This document shows positions 35,773-48,866 of a DNA stretch of 64,000 nt, piece after piece. A program made the position numbers and the translations under genes. A model generated the notes under the pieces. That model was not told the DNA's origin, did no database searches, and saw only the letters and a program-made list of their open reading frames with translations. Source of the DNA: Anthoceros angustus (Eukaryota; Plantae; Anthocerotophyta); assembly GCA_010909165.1 (NCBI GenBank), contig VJWM01000134.1, positions 496,001 to 560,000 of the forward strand, in the 5' to 3' direction. Numbering within the stretch: position 1 is the first letter of the stretch; each line of letters begins with the position of its first letter.

Positions 35773-36526
35773 CGCTCAACAATTCCCGCAGCTGCGCAGG
35801 ATCTAGGGCCTCGCACGCAATCAAGCGGCCGACAATGCCTGCTACCCACCACAACAACCACCAGATTTTCCGCATACATTCCCATCAGAGTGGACTGCCA
35901 TCCATTCACCAAACCGTGCCTCAATTCTCCGATACCGTCGCCACATCCAGCTGCTGCTCCGGAAAGAGGTCCACTCCACTCCTACACCGGCGCCTCCAGA
36001 ATCCTACATCCACTCTAATACTGGAATCTGAGTTTTCCCTCCAGGCTGTCCTCTATTCCGGACGATCACAATCTCACACTGCTCGCCCTGCGTTCTCTCC
36101 TCCACCAAGATCCACCGCCCACCTCAACGACCAACGTCTTTTTAACAGAATTTTGCTGACAACGATACACGCCTCTGCGAACACCGTCCCACCGCGCAGT
36201 CAGCAGAAACAACACTCTCAACCCCTGCTCAATTCCATGACACTTGCTCCTGCATGCAAACTCATCAGATCCCGGTGCCCCGTCACAAAATTTTCCAACC
36301 ACCTGGCCAAGGCGAACTCGTGAGCGGCCAAATTTGCCCCGAAGCATCCAACCCAAATTAAACTACCGGTTCTTAGTTTCACTACCGAAGCCCGATTGAA
36401 CTGAGGGTCAAAAGCGTTGCGTCCCCCAGATCATGCTGATTACCCGACTGTCTTAAGGCACACAATGATATAAGGTATATGGATTCAATCTTCCTCAGAT
36501 ATTGTAGGAGCTATAGGTAGGTCATT

Positions 36527-37048
36527 TTAGATATGGAGTTTAGTTGTTTTTTTTTCTATTATATGATTTTAGATACAAAGCTTAGTTATTTCTTTTTCTA
36601 TTGCATGATTTTAGATACGGAGCTTAGTTATTCTTTATGTTGCCGACATAGTGGAAGAAGAAGAATTTTGTTGTAATTCACTGAGGGTGGTATAGTTGTC
36701 GAATGTGATCGAAATAAAGTATTCAAAATACCATATCAACTCAACACAACCTTAGTGGATAACAACATCATATATGATTTTTTGATATCTTATTTATCCT
36801 TCTATTCATAAAATTTATTCTAAAAATAAAAAATTCTTAATTGAATTTTAAATATGAAAATATCCTTCAGCTGCATTGTTGATAGTAGCATACTTGTCCC
36901 AGTATTTTAATGTTGATAGATGGGATCATCTCAATCTTCTTTATTCAATAAAGATCCCTCTATGCATATATGTTAGCCTTTTATAGACGGGATATCCCAA
37001 TTTTCTTTATTCAATAAAGATCCCTCCATGCATATATGTTAACCTTTT
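36527..37048. repeat. AT-rich short tandem duplications (3 x ~47 bp at 36527-36632; 2 x ~66 bp at ~36915-37048)
   Basis: TTTTAGATA...TTAGTT..TTTCTATT repeated; CTTTATTCAATAAAGATCCCTC.ATGCATATATGTTA repeated. Confidence 0.7.
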
Positions 37049-37937
37049 GTCATCTGTTGGCACTGCCGTGGAGACCGCACCCCTGTGGCCTGTTGCCACA
37101 CAGTGTACTGTCCCTGGACTGTGTCGCACTGTGTAGGGCCAGGAAGTTAGCTACATTCCGCGAAGCATTCAAGCATCACAAAGGTGGTGAACTCAGGGAA
37201 AACTAAGCCTTCTGTCATTCCTGCCAAGCGGGCAGATCACAGATGTGCTCTCCTTGCCAGGCGCCTTTTGTGAGAAGAAACGTGCACAGCACATGTTCTC
37301 TAAAGTGCCAGATGACTGGCCCTCCGATATGCCCTGGGAGACGAGAGTGTGCACAGCTCACTAAATCCACAGCACAACTTCACTGAAGTCCTACATGACA
37401 GGCCCCGCCGAAACGTCATAAGGCCTGGTTAGAGTTCTGTGTGAGGGATAAAGCACTGTAGTCATAAAGTACTGGAAGCCATGAAGCATTGCCAATCACT
37501 ATTTGGTCCCATTTTTGTAGCCAACAGTTTGGCTACAAATGGTGTTGGCTATAGAACAGAGATTGCGAGACACAACGATCTGTCTGCACCAAAACTCCCA
37601 AAGCTTCCACGGCCTCATTGAGCGGCCCCTGCTGGCAGAGCTTGCTCACTGTTTCAGCTGTCACGCTCCCGCCAGATTTGGCGGCACCTCACGAGATGTA
37701 TATATTCGCCAGAAGAAAACGCTGCCACAATCAGTGGGCTTCAAGGGTTTGATGTATAACTTTAGTGTTTGACATAGCAAAGTGCGAAACTCCGGCATCG
37801 GTCTTGAACAGCAACGGCAGAGGAGCGGGGGCGCATATCTGCTCGTCCCTGTCGGGAGTTCGATGCATCTGTGGGCTTGTTGGAGGGCCTGAGGTTTGGT
37901 GATGAAGGCAGGGGAGTGAAATTTCTGTCCTGTCAAG

Positions 37938-40853
37938 ATGAGCGCTCCAGCTTCGGGGAACCAGGGGGGCGCCGGGCCCTCGCTGCTACCCCTCAGCAAC
38001 CCATCGCAGCAGGCCTATGTCTCGGAGCTGCTTTCTTTCACTTTGGATCGGCTGCACAAGGTAAGGGCGTCACACGTTGGTCACGTGTATTGTGGATCCG
38101 GGTTGGTCTTGCATGTTTCTGCTCGATCCGGGGACTGTGGCATAGGATTCGTAGAAGAAGAGCTTGTACTTGACAATGTAGGTTTTGAGTTGAGTGGAGT
38201 AGGAGCCGGAGCTTCTGCGAGTGGATGCGGAGCGGATTCAGCGGCAGATGCAAGAGGTGGCCGTGGGACATTACAGGGCTTTTATCACAGCAGCCGACGC
38301 TGTGCAGTCGATTCGCCAAGAAATCCAGTCTGTGGATCATCACTTAGAATCGCTGGTGAGGGGGAAACTTGACTTGGACTTGCTGCGTTAAGTGTGTAGA
38401 AAATTGGGCTGAGGCGAATGCGGCATGCGCAGGTTGCGGAAATACCTAATCTCACAGCTGGATGCAACGAGTTCATGAACGACGCGCAGCAGATCTTGGA
38501 GAAGCGGAAGCTGAATCGTACACTGCTCAGCCATCACGGCACCCTTCTTGACTTGCTTGAGATTCCCCAGCTCATGGACACGTACTGTCATGACCTTTAT
38601 CGATTTTGATCGTTATGCTTACGACATATTCTTCCAGGGTTTTCTACTGGCTGCATGAAGTCTAAGGAGCTAAAGGCGGGCTCGTAGTTGGTATTGTGTG
38701 ATTTTTTAAACTTGCTGGGATTCTGTAGGTGTGTACGCAATGGAAACTATGATGAAGCTCTTGACCTCGAAGCTTTCGTCTCGAAGTTGGCAACAATGCA
38801 TTCAAGGTGTGGTTTTTGCATGGTGCGGTTTTTGCATGGTTTCTCTTGAATGGCAGAATATGAATAGGTGCTATGCCTCCTCTCTGTATGCAGGCTTCCG
38901 GTTATACAATCATTGGCAGCTGAAGTGCAGTCAACGACAGAATCCTTGCTCTCGCAGATTCTGCAAAAGCTTCGCTCTAATATCCAGGTACTTGCTTTGC
39001 AGCTTGTGTTATGTTCAGGCTTTACGTGAAGCCTGTCCATGTGCTTATGGACACGTGTGTCACTGTGGCAGCTTCCTGAGTGTCTCAGAGTTATTGGTTA
39101 CCTCAGAAGACTGGCAGTGTTCAGCGAGCATGAAATGCGGCTACAAGTAGTTTCTTTGTCCATAATGCCTACACTTTTCTGGATCACATCACCTAGGCAT
39201 TCAAAGTCTCCCTTCTTTCTGTTGGAGCCGTGTTGTATTGAGGCATTTCGTTGGTGTAACTGCAGTTTCTAAGATGTCGAGAAGCATGGCTGGCTGGCAT
39301 CATTGACGACCTGGATCAGGGAAATCCATATGAATACCTCAAGAGAATGGCTGACTCTCATCGGGTCCATCTCTTTGACGTGGTTACACAGTATCGGGCC
39401 ATATTCACCGATGATACATCTGGCAACGAGGATAACAGTGACGGTGGCTTGCTGTACAGTTGGGCTTTACATAGGATAACCTCACATCTTGCAGTTCTCC
39501 AGGCTGTTCTCCCAAAGATCACTGAGGGTGTGTCTCTTGGGATAATTCTTGAGCAGTGCATGGTAAATACCATCGACTTGTCAGACAAAGCAATTCCACC
39601 TTCACTGTGGCATTGTCTTGCCCATACCAATGCATGGACATGTTAGGATCTGTATGTCCAGACTGTGAAGTATTGTGTAGGATTTCTGGTACCAACCTAT
39701 GATCTGTTGTGTAACATGCAGCAGGATGGGCCTCTGGTTTGTGCAGTACTGTGGGATGAGCCTTGGTCGGGTGGGGCTTGACTTCAGAGGCTTGTTGCCA
39801 CCTTTATTTGAACGGTAAGATATGATATGGACCCATCTTTGCCATGACTTTATCATGATACTAGGATCCTATGCGACTGTCTGCATACAGTAAGTCAGTG
39901 AAACTGATGGTTGATTATTTCTTTTTGTTGCTTCAGTTCTGTGCATGAGCTGTTCAAGCGCAACATGTCAGTGACAGTTGCTAGTTTCCAGGTACATCTG
40001 CTGTGAAAGCGTTGGCAGGTTTGAGGTGTCACTTCTCATTTTAATTTTGTTGTGTGATGACCTGCAGCATGTGCTCGATTCACATCGCTGGGTTCCACTG
40101 CCTCCTGTGGGAGCCCCTGTACGGGCTAGTGGTGATGATGGCTTTGAAGATGTGGCGCCTCCATATTCTCTCATGGAGCACCCTCCTTTGGCTGCGTTTG
40201 TGAATGGTAATGTTTCCTTGTCTTTCTAGTTATGGTATGGAAGAATATGAGCCATGCAAGTCTCAATTAGGTGTATCTTCACCTCTCCAGGTGTACTGGC
40301 TGCTCTCAATGAGCTGCGTCATTGTGCACCATTGAATCTCAAGAAGCTCGTGGCGACGGAACTTCAACAAGCTCTGCAAAGTGTATCAGATTCTCTTTTA
40401 CGATATAACGCCACTCGAATGTTACGGGACAGCGAGTCAAACCTTTTTCTGGCCTTGTGTAAGGCGTTCATTGAGGTATGAAAGGTCACTCCTTTCCATG
40501 TGGGTTCACAAATGTCTGCATGGTGTGCCGCATGCTCTTAATGGGGAAATGCCCTGCAGGTCGCCTGCCCTTATTGCATCCTTTGCTTTGGACGATGCTA
40601 CTCTGGTGGCTCAAGTTTGATCAAGATGAAAGAGACTGTGGAGGATCTGCAGAGAATTGTAACGACCACTTCGTTTCCGTCCATTAGAGTGAACGGAAGT
40701 GCCCTGATAGATCATGCTGCCAACGGGGTTGGCGCGAATACTGAAGCATCGTATCCTCACGTAGTTGCAAACGGAGATGGTGTGAAAAGGGGTACTTTCT
40801 CAATTGATAAGGCAGTCCAGGAAAGCGGACATGATAGAGCTGCAGAGGTATAA
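37938..40853 (+). CDS. COG8: Conserved oligomeric Golgi complex subunit 8 (multi-exon)
   Basis: [98 protein letters not shown] joined through GT-AG introns. Confidence 0.95.
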
Positions 40854-41412
40854 TATGAAATTCAGCTTCCGGCTGTGAAGTATAGTTTAGGAAAATGGAC
40901 ATGACCAGCACTGGTGCAGAGGTAATGGCATATAGCTCTGTCCGGGGTTTTATTCCTGAAACGATTTACATGCCTTAACAATTTGGCAGCTCCAATTTTA
41001 GTTGATTTTTAAACTTTTTTGTGAGTTCTGTGTGGGTTATGGAATTTGCAGTACACCGTAGTATGCTTCACAAACGGTGTCCCGAGATGACCCCTACTTT
41101 GTACAGTCCCAAACGTTCCCACAATAACTGCGTAGCAGTGAGTCCTGACAAATTTGCCACACCGAGGGCCCCTGCTATCCGACAGTTCGTAGCTAAAAAC
41201 AGAACTCAGAATTTTTCCCCTCTACACTAATTTAGAGTCCATTTGGAGGGGTCCGACAATTTACATCTCCAGAGGTGAATTGATTGCCACCAAATTCAAC
41301 ATCACACAAAGCTTTGGCAATCCCAGTTGACTCTTGGAAGACATTGATTTTGCCTCAACGAGTGGCTGTTGTCTGAAGAAACATGCTCAACATGCACCCA
41401 ACTGCCAGCAGT

Positions 41413-43302
41413 TCAGAATCCAGCTCGTGAAAGTCGTTTCAGATACGACTGGACAGTATTCGCAAGTCCAACCCCGACAGCTTTCGCCAAATGGCCAGCC
41501 TGCAGTATAGAAGACGATAGGTTAATGAAAGCAGCAGCACTGTAGCATGCGATGGCAACGTCTTGCTGCCTACCTACTAACGATACCAATCCACCAAAAC
41601 AAACAAATACCTCCTGAGCTGCTTTCCCACAGTCCACAACATCCTTGATGCGTTTCTCAGTAAAAGCCCAGGTATCACGGAACCCTGGATCATGAAGAAT
41701 GTCTCTGTTCAGCTTACTAGCTCCCGCGGGGAGAAATATACGATGTGAAACTCTATGGTCACAAAACTCAGCATGCCTTTGATCACGATATCCTATTGTC
41801 ATGACGGAAGCAACAACGAGCCTCAGTAACAATACCTGGAGAAAAGTCAGTTAACATGTAGATTTCTGACAGGGAGTACACTCCTGCCAAAAGCCCTCGC
41901 TTGGTATACCAGTCTGCATTTGTTGATTTATCACCAGCAAGATGCCAAATCTCATCAATCAGCACTGCCCTCTGTTTCAAACTTGTCGGGACATTTCCTG
42001 GATATGCCTGCAGCCAGGGAGAAAAGAAGGCTGCAGTGTGAGCGGTGAGCACATTGACATCGTCGGAGCTTCAGATAGGGGTCAACACCGTATGATAAGG
42101 ATATTAAAAGACTCGATTGAGACAGTTGAGAGAGAGAGAAAGAGTGGACAAGCTGCTGAGATAATTGGTCGGCAGTACCTGAATGCTAAGTGCCTGTGGC
42201 CACTTGGTCACATACGGTGCCTGCATTTCCAGTCGCATGCGAATCAAAGTTGCAAGTCGATCACGAAGCAACATTTTGCACAGTTCATCTTCTTTCGACT
42301 CTGCCTCATTAACCAGCTTTCGGTAGCATTCCTCCATGAAAAACTGCAAAACATCCAGAGAGAATCAAGTGCCAATGCAGGGACTGTGAGCCACTTGCAG
42401 GCAAGAGTAGTGAAAGCCTTCTCACCTCAACAAGCTCAGCCTCTTTTCGCGGAAAAGCACCCACAATGGAAGGAGAAAGACCGACATCCCTAGCTCCCTC
42501 CGCAATAGCTGCCTCTGTCCATCCAAGTCTTGGCTGGAAGCCGAGAACATACACTTCACTTAAACGGGCATCATTCAAACGACTCCCCAAGCTTTCAATA
42601 TCCTGGCAAACTAGACTGGCCTTCACCAAGCAACAGACACAGTAGTTTCAAACTCAAGTACCAGCTCGTTGTCCTACCACATAAGTCAAAGCTGCCAGCA
42701 GAGTCCGAGTTTTGTCATCAAGCACTCGCCCTTTCTCGGAGCTAGCTCCTTGTTCAGAACTGCTCGACGCCGTTCCAAAACCTTTTGCACTGTCCGCATC
42801 GCTGCTTGCCTGCTCCGAGGTACTCGTTCCTTGATCAGCAGCGGCTCCTGGTTCCTCCACGGTCTTCGCCTTATGGTCTGTAACGAAACAGCCATCACAA
42901 CTTACAATTACTTCAATTGAAGGCAAATCGAGCATCAATTCCACCACAACAACATGCACAGCGACTGTCGTGCACTGAAATTCAGAATGCACCTCCCATA
43001 GCCATTAAACCCCTAGCGAAAGCTCATCAAATCAGACCAAAGATGCAAACGCAGGCACCTGATCCTTTGCCTCCAGCGTCTGTGGACATAAACCTCCTCA
43101 AACCTCCCTCATTCCGATTCTCCACGCATACCATCCTCAATTGCCTAGACGCTCTGCTGCACGAACGCCAGAAGTCCCCGCTCCTTGACGCCTCAGCCAC
43201 CTCCTTGAGCGGACGCGACAAATTGCTTGCCGCTGCGATGCGCCCCGCTCCATGGCAGATGCGACTCCCCAGCCGGCGTGCGATCATGCGACCGACTGCC
43301 AT
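41413..43302 (-). CDS. COQ9: Ubiquinone biosynthesis protein COQ9 (multi-exon, transit-peptide-like N-terminus)
   Basis: LGWTEAAIAEGARDVGLSP, LIRMRLEMQAPY..KWPQAL, DEIWHLAGDKSTNADWYTKRGLLAGVY, DTWAFTEKRIKDV. Start at 43302 preferred; in-frame ATG also at 43374. Confidence 0.93.
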
Positions 43303-43521
43303 CGCAGCAGACTCCCGTCTCGATACGTCCTCGAATCCTCCTTTGGCAGGTCTCCATGTCCAATTTCGTTTCATTCATATCCGGCACATACATGCGCCTT
43401 TCTGTAGTCCTGAGGAGACTCGTGGCAGCCTGCTTTGCCACGACGGAGGGCAAGCGGGCAAGCTGTGTCACGCTCGACTAACCTGCTGGGTTTAGCGGAA
43501 CGCTTGCTCCATGCGAATCGT

Positions 43522-43535
43522 TTTTCCCGCCAAAA
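43522..43535. promoter_or_regulatory. Overlapping E2F sites TTTTCCCGCCAAAA
   Basis: TTTCCCGC on + and TTTGGCGG on -, ~230 bp upstream of the RFC2 ATG; E2F sites are typical of replication-gene promoters. Confidence 0.65.
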
Positions 43536-43767
43536 AATCGTAAATCGTTTCACTTTCACGACCGCCATTCTCACCAGGCAGCCTCGAGATTGAGGCCGGA
43601 GTGGAGCCTGGAGTGCGCCGAAATTGCTGGGCGCTGTCGGAAGTGTTGAGGGAAGGGAGAAGATTGACAACCTAGAGCGGCACCATGGCCGGGTGAGCAG
43701 GGAGGGGGGTCGTGGAAGGTTGCTAAGGTGTGAGAGGCGGAGGAGGAAGTTTTTCCTTGTACCGAGC

Positions 43768-45479
43768 ATGGAGGGAAGCACTTCAACAGCTGGCCCTGCT
43801 TCCTCGGCTTCGAAGGACTTCGATTTGCCGTGGGTGGAGAAATACAGGCCGCAACAGGTTGCTGACATAGTTGGCAATCCAGAGATTGTGGAACGGCTGA
43901 AGGTGATCGCCAGAGATGGGAACATGCCCAACCTAATTTTCTCTGTATCCTGCTAGCTAAGTGCTTGAATTGGTGTGTAGTAAGCAGGCAGGGATCTATT
44001 AGTTGTGCAAGATAGATGAGAGCTGCTTGTGTCTCGTTTGCAAGAAATGTGAGCTGGTCATTGCGTTCATGAGAGGTTCTCCGACGTCTTCTTAACAAAA
44101 TTATCAGGGTCCTCCTGGTTGCGGGAAGACTACAGCCTTCTTAGCTCTTGCTCAGGAGCTGCTTGGTCCCTGTTACAAGGAAGGGGTGCTTGAACTGAAT
44201 GCGTCAGATGACAGGTTTGTCCTCAAGAAACCGTCGTTGCATGCTTTTGGAAGTATGTTATTTTTCGGTTGTTATTTCTGAACCTTTAGCGTAAACGTGG
44301 GCTGCCAGGGGAATAGATGTGGTGAGAAGCAAGATCAAAATGTTTGCTCAGAAAAAGGTCACCTTGCCACCAAGCCGGCACAAAATTGTGCTTTTGGATG
44401 AGGCTGACAGGTTGGATTTTCTATGTGCATGCTTGACTCATTTCTGCTTCCCATATCTTGGATCTCCCAGCAAGTAGCCATAATTCCACTTTTTTTTTCT
44501 TACGTGTTCATGGTTGGCCTGTAGCATGACATCTGCTGCTCAGCAGGCCCTTCGTAGGACAATGGAGATATATTCCAAAACGACGAGATTTGCGTTAGCC
44601 TGTAACGTCTCGTCCAAGATCATCGAACCAATACAAAGTCGATGTGCAGTTGTCCGATTTTCACGGCTGTCAGATCAGGATGTTCTTAAAAGGCTGCTGT
44701 ATGTAGTCGAAGCTGAGAAGGTGGGTCAACGCTATGCAGCTGTAAAGCTTTGGTTGGAGGTTGCGGTGGGCGGTCTGGAATGTGCTGAAGAATTCTGTGT
44801 CGTGCTTTCACGTGAATCACAGGTACCAAGCGTTCCTGAGGGCCTCGAAGCGATTGTTTTCACTGCTGATGGTGACATGCGACAGGCTCTTAACAATCTC
44901 CAGGCCACTGTCAGTGGTTTCCATCTTGTTACTCAAGAAAATGTGTTCAAGGTAACTCTGATCTGACATCTCAAAAGCTGGCCTCTATCCTGATCTCAAT
45001 AGCGTTGTGAATTGTGTGCTGGTTAAAAAAAAGTATGAGACTTTTTGACGTTTGCTTCTTCCCAGGTTTGTGATCAGCCACATCCTCTGCTGGTCATCAA
45101 CATCATTCGACATACACTCAATGGAAGTCTGGATGATGCATACACCGGCCTTAAGCAACTGTATGATCTTGGCTATGCTGCTTCGGACATTATAACAACC
45201 TTATTTCGAGTTGTCAGAAATTACGACATGCCGGAGTACCTGAAGCTGGAATACATCAGGGTAAGCGTATTCGTTACCATATTGCATCCTCGTTGCCAGC
45301 TTATGATCATCAGGCGTCTTACCCTATGTACCTGTGTTTGATTTGCCATGCAGGCAGTAGGCTTTTGCCACATGCGAATAGCCGAAGGAGTAAGTACACT
45401 CCTGCAGTTAACAGGCTTGTTGGCAAAGTTATGCAAAATTCGAAACGGTTGCGTGGAAAAGGGAGCACAGAAATCCTGA
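43768..45479 (+). CDS. RFC2: Replication factor C small subunit (RFC2/40 kDa type)
   Basis: [71 protein letters not shown]. Confidence 0.96.
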
Positions 45480-45631
45480 ATTGTGTCTCAGCACAACGGC
45501 CATTCAGTTGGTCATCGTTTTACGGATAGCTCTTATGGAGTCAGAATTCGGTTTACTCACATGTCTAAAGCAACAAAGGTTATGCCACAGTAATTTCAGC
45601 ACCTGTACAGATGGGTCCTCTCCATGAGAGG

Positions 45632-47443
45632 CTACTCTACCCTATCGTAATCTGCACTTGTCTTCCACTCTCCCCTGTGAGACACTCCAAGAGCCTCCCT
45701 GTTCTTCCCGTCGTCTGCGTACCGATCATGCCGCTCAACCCTCTTCCTATCACAAACGTCACCAGTATACACCTTTGATTTCCCGTCATACCTGCCATCC
45801 ACATCTCTATGCCTGGACCTCTTTCTCTCGATGTCGTTTTTCTCCACTTCAACGTGCCTGCGTGACCATTGCAGCTCTTCTTCGAATTCCGGCTTCTTCT
45901 GCACACTACTGTGATTACTGCGATGCCCATCCCCGTGCTTATCCCTCCAACGAACGCTGTCCACCACATCTCGAGATCTCGACAGCGGTTCGTGCAACTC
46001 CGTGTCTCTCCTGCCCCCGCTTTTTCCCCCTTCCTCGCGCTCACCAGATACCTTCCTGCTATGCTTAACCTCACCAACGTCCTCGGAACCCTCGTCGTCA
46101 TAATCCTCTTCGTGTCTCCTGCTCCTGCCCTTTCTCCTGTGATCAAAATCAACGTCCACAAGAGACTCATGTCCCCTCTTCCTGCTGCGCTTCCCCTCGT
46201 GATCAGCCTCAACCTCCTCGTTAGCTCGTTCTACGTGCCTCCTACTCCGGTGTTTTCTCCTGTCATCACGATCAACATCAACAGATAACTCACGTCTCCT
46301 CACTCGGCTATGATTTTCAGCCTCAGACACCTCGTCTTCAGACCGTTCTGATTGCCTCCTCCTACTGCTCTTTCGCCTACCCTCGCCATCACCACGCGTA
46401 CCAGCTCCGGACTTCCTGGTATGCCTTCTCACATCCGCACCATCGGAATCAGATGACTGCTCCCTTCTTCTACTGCTCCTCTTTCTCGACCTGGTCTCAT
46501 CAGCAGCTCTATCCCTTTTACTTCCTCGGTGACGCTTTTCCTCCTCACTGAGGTCATCGGACGAGCTGTCATCCACTTTCTTGCATCTCCCCTTTCTACT
46601 CGGGACATCATCCAGAAGAAAAACACGGGAATCCCTAGGACGTCTCCTAGACCTACTACTTCCCTTACAACGATGCTTGTGCCGCACCTTCTCCTCCCCA
46701 TCACTGCTGTCCTCACTTTCTTCACTCGCTGACTCCTTCCTGTGCTTACTACGCATGTCCGAACGATGTGACCTTCCCTTCTCCTTCCGCCGCTTCTCCT
46801 TGGACCGTCTCTCCTCCTCTCCATCCGACAAATCCGCATCACTCTCATCAGAAGAGCTGGCCGCCTTCTTCCTGGACTTCATCCTCTTCCGCAATTCCGA
46901 CGCTATAAGTTTATCCTTAGCCTTCGAATCCATCTTGCCAAACTTGTTAGCAATGATGCGCTCCATTTCAGAATCCTCGTCACTGTCGGACAGCTCGCTT
47001 TCCTCAGAGGAGCTCTCCAAACTGGAGACCTCTCCAAGTCCATCCGCATCCTTCCCTTTCCCTCTCTCCCGCTCCAAGGCTGCAGCAACTGCAGCCGCAG
47101 CTTCCTCCTTGGCTGTCAAGAAGTTGCGGCACTGGAAGGAGAGATGACCGACACGGCCACACTTCTTACAGGACCCCCGGGCCACATCTGCGTTGGAGCC
47201 GGTGAGCCTAGCCAGGGCCAGCAGCCCTTGAAATGAGTCGTAAGCATTCTGCTGGTCCGCCGACGCTGCTCCTGCCGCAGCATCCGCAGCCCCTGACCGG
47301 TCGTCATGCTGCACATTCTTTTGGTCCGGTGCGTAGGGATCGTATCCGATGGCACTCTGCCAGATGCCATGAGTTTGCAAGGCTGCGCTGCTGTGCACCC
47401 TGTTGTTTGCGGGCATGCGCACCCTTCCAGCGGTAGCCGGCAT
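45632..47443 (-). CDS. CXIP4: CAX-interacting protein 4-like CCHC zinc-knuckle, RS/charged-rich protein (603 aa, intronless CDS)
   Basis: Diagnostic start MPATAGRVRMPANNRVHSSAALQTHGIWQSAIGYDPYAP; CKKCGRVGHLSFQC; long R/S/D/E tail. Confidence 0.93.
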   Translation of the reverse strand: MPATAGRVRMPANNRVHSSAALQTHGIWQSAIGYDPYAPDQKNVQHDDRSGAADAAAGAASADQQNAYDSFQGLLALARLTGSNADVARGSCKKCGRVGHLSFQCRNFLTAKEEAAAAVAAALERERGKGKDADGLGEVSSLESSSEESELSDSDEDSEMERIIANKFGKMDSKAKDKLIASELRKRMKSRKKAASSSDESDADLSDGEEERRSKEKRRKEKGRSHRSDMRSKHRKESASEESEDSSDGEEKVRHKHRCKGSSRSRRRPRDSRVFLLDDVPSRKGRCKKVDDSSSDDLSEEEKRHRGSKRDRAADETRSRKRSSRRREQSSDSDGADVRRHTRKSGAGTRGDGEGRRKSSRRRQSERSEDEVSEAENHSRVRRRELSVDVDRDDRRKHRSRRHVERANEEVEADHEGKRSRKRGHESLVDVDFDHRRKGRSRRHEEDYDDEGSEDVGEVKHSRKVSGEREEGGKSGGRRDTELHEPLSRSRDVVDSVRWRDKHGDGHRSNHSSVQKKPEFEEELQWSRRHVEVEKNDIERKRSRHRDVDGRYDGKSKVYTGDVCDRKRVERHDRYADDGKNREALGVSHRGEWKTSADYDRVE

Positions 47444-47772
47444 CTTCCACGAGCGCGTACGCAGCCGATCCCAAACAATGAAACTTGAAGTAATGGGAGT
47501 GAGACTCCTCCTTATGAACCAAGTGAGTGCCAGCACCAAGCCCCAGGCTGGCCCCACAGCACACCTCTCCACTTATGTACGTAGGTATGTATATATAAAT
47601 TTTTTATGTTTCTTGTATTGTGTACATAGAAGAAGAAGAAGAGAAAACATGCATAGACTTAGAAAATTCCTCAAGTTATCTTAATATCAATATAATAGTA
47701 AATTTTTTATATAATAAATAGATTGGGTGATCCATTCATTATTTAATAAACATCAAATATTTGAAAGACCGT

Positions 47773-47863
47773 GGAGGGACTTCTTGTAGACTCTTTGCTC
47801 CTTTAGGCAAACTAAAAATCGGAGGGACTTCTTGTAGACTCTTTGCTCCTTTAGGCAAACTAA
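47773..47863. repeat. Direct repeat, 2 x 43 bp (48-bp period)
   Basis: GGAGGGACTTCTTGTAGACTCTTTGCTCCTTTAGGCAAACTAA twice. Confidence 0.9.
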
Positions 47864-47869
47864 GAATTA

Positions 47870-48346
47870 GACTAGGGGCGGACGTTCCATGTGTATGTGG
47901 ATGTGTCAGCGTTTGCCATTGGTGTAGAGTTGAGCTAAAAGGATGACAAGCGAAAAGACTACCCTATCTATTATGTCGGATGGCAACTCACCAAAATAGA
48001 ACGGAAGAACACCACCACGGAATGCGAGGCATTAGGGATGGTATATGTTGTGAAGAAGTTTAGGCACTACCTGCTACCGGTGAATTCGTATTTTTTTGTG
48101 GATCATATCGCACTGAAGCACTTGATAAATAAGGCGGACCTGTTCGGAAGAGTCGCCCAGTGGATATTGTTACTGCATGAGTTCACATTTGAGGTGGACA
48201 CCCGGCAAGGGAAGCAGCATCAGAACGCGGAATTTATGTCGCGACTTAAAATTGAGCCTGTGCTTAGGGACCAAGATGATGCCTTCCCAAATGAAACCCT
48301 GGTGGTACCAATGAGAATAGAATGTGCGGAGCTGCAAGAACCCTAA
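47870..48346 (+). mobile_element. Isolated gypsy RNase H fragment, same family as 1-300
   Basis: DYPIYY, EALGMVYVVKKFRHYLL, VDHIALKHLINKADL.GR...WILLLHEFTFEV. Confidence 0.88.
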
Positions 48347-48866
48347 GCTGTTGAATCCTGACCAAACGGCAGAAACGGAGAAGGGGAGTGCTCGATGAGG
48401 GAGACCCACATACAACGAGCTGGAGCGATATATCTGAAATATGGACATGCCCCCCAATTTGATACACAGCCAGAGATAGGCCTTCGTACATTATGCCCGT
48501 GTGAGAGTGGCCATCACCCTTTGCACCACTACTATTCTATTAACCCTTATGCCATTACCAATCCTAGTGCATGTTTCTTTTCGGGTTTGCAAATTGTGCA
48601 TATTAGAAGAATCAATTGAAAACTTAGGAGATTGCCATAACTACTATGGAAAATACAACTATCTTTGTCTTAGACTCCCCACTCCATCATAGATAAGTGC
48701 AGAACTTGTGAGATTGTTCAATGAGTTGAAAACTTAGGATATTGCCATAACTAATATAGAGAATACAGCCAAACTTAAATCCTTAAACCTCTTTTCCACC
48801 GTTTAGGGTTGACAACTTAGTACGTTGCCATTACAAGTATGAAGAACAAAATCCTCTTAAAAAGGA

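Noticed and set aside
45637-47147. Overlapping ORFs 46581-47147 (+), 45658-46068 (+), 45869-46288 (+), 45637-46212 (-)
   Set aside because: Alternative frames of the low-complexity CXIP4 CDS.
47444-47572. 43-aa N-terminal extension of CXIP4 in the ORF track
   Set aside because: The conserved family start is MPATAG at 47443.
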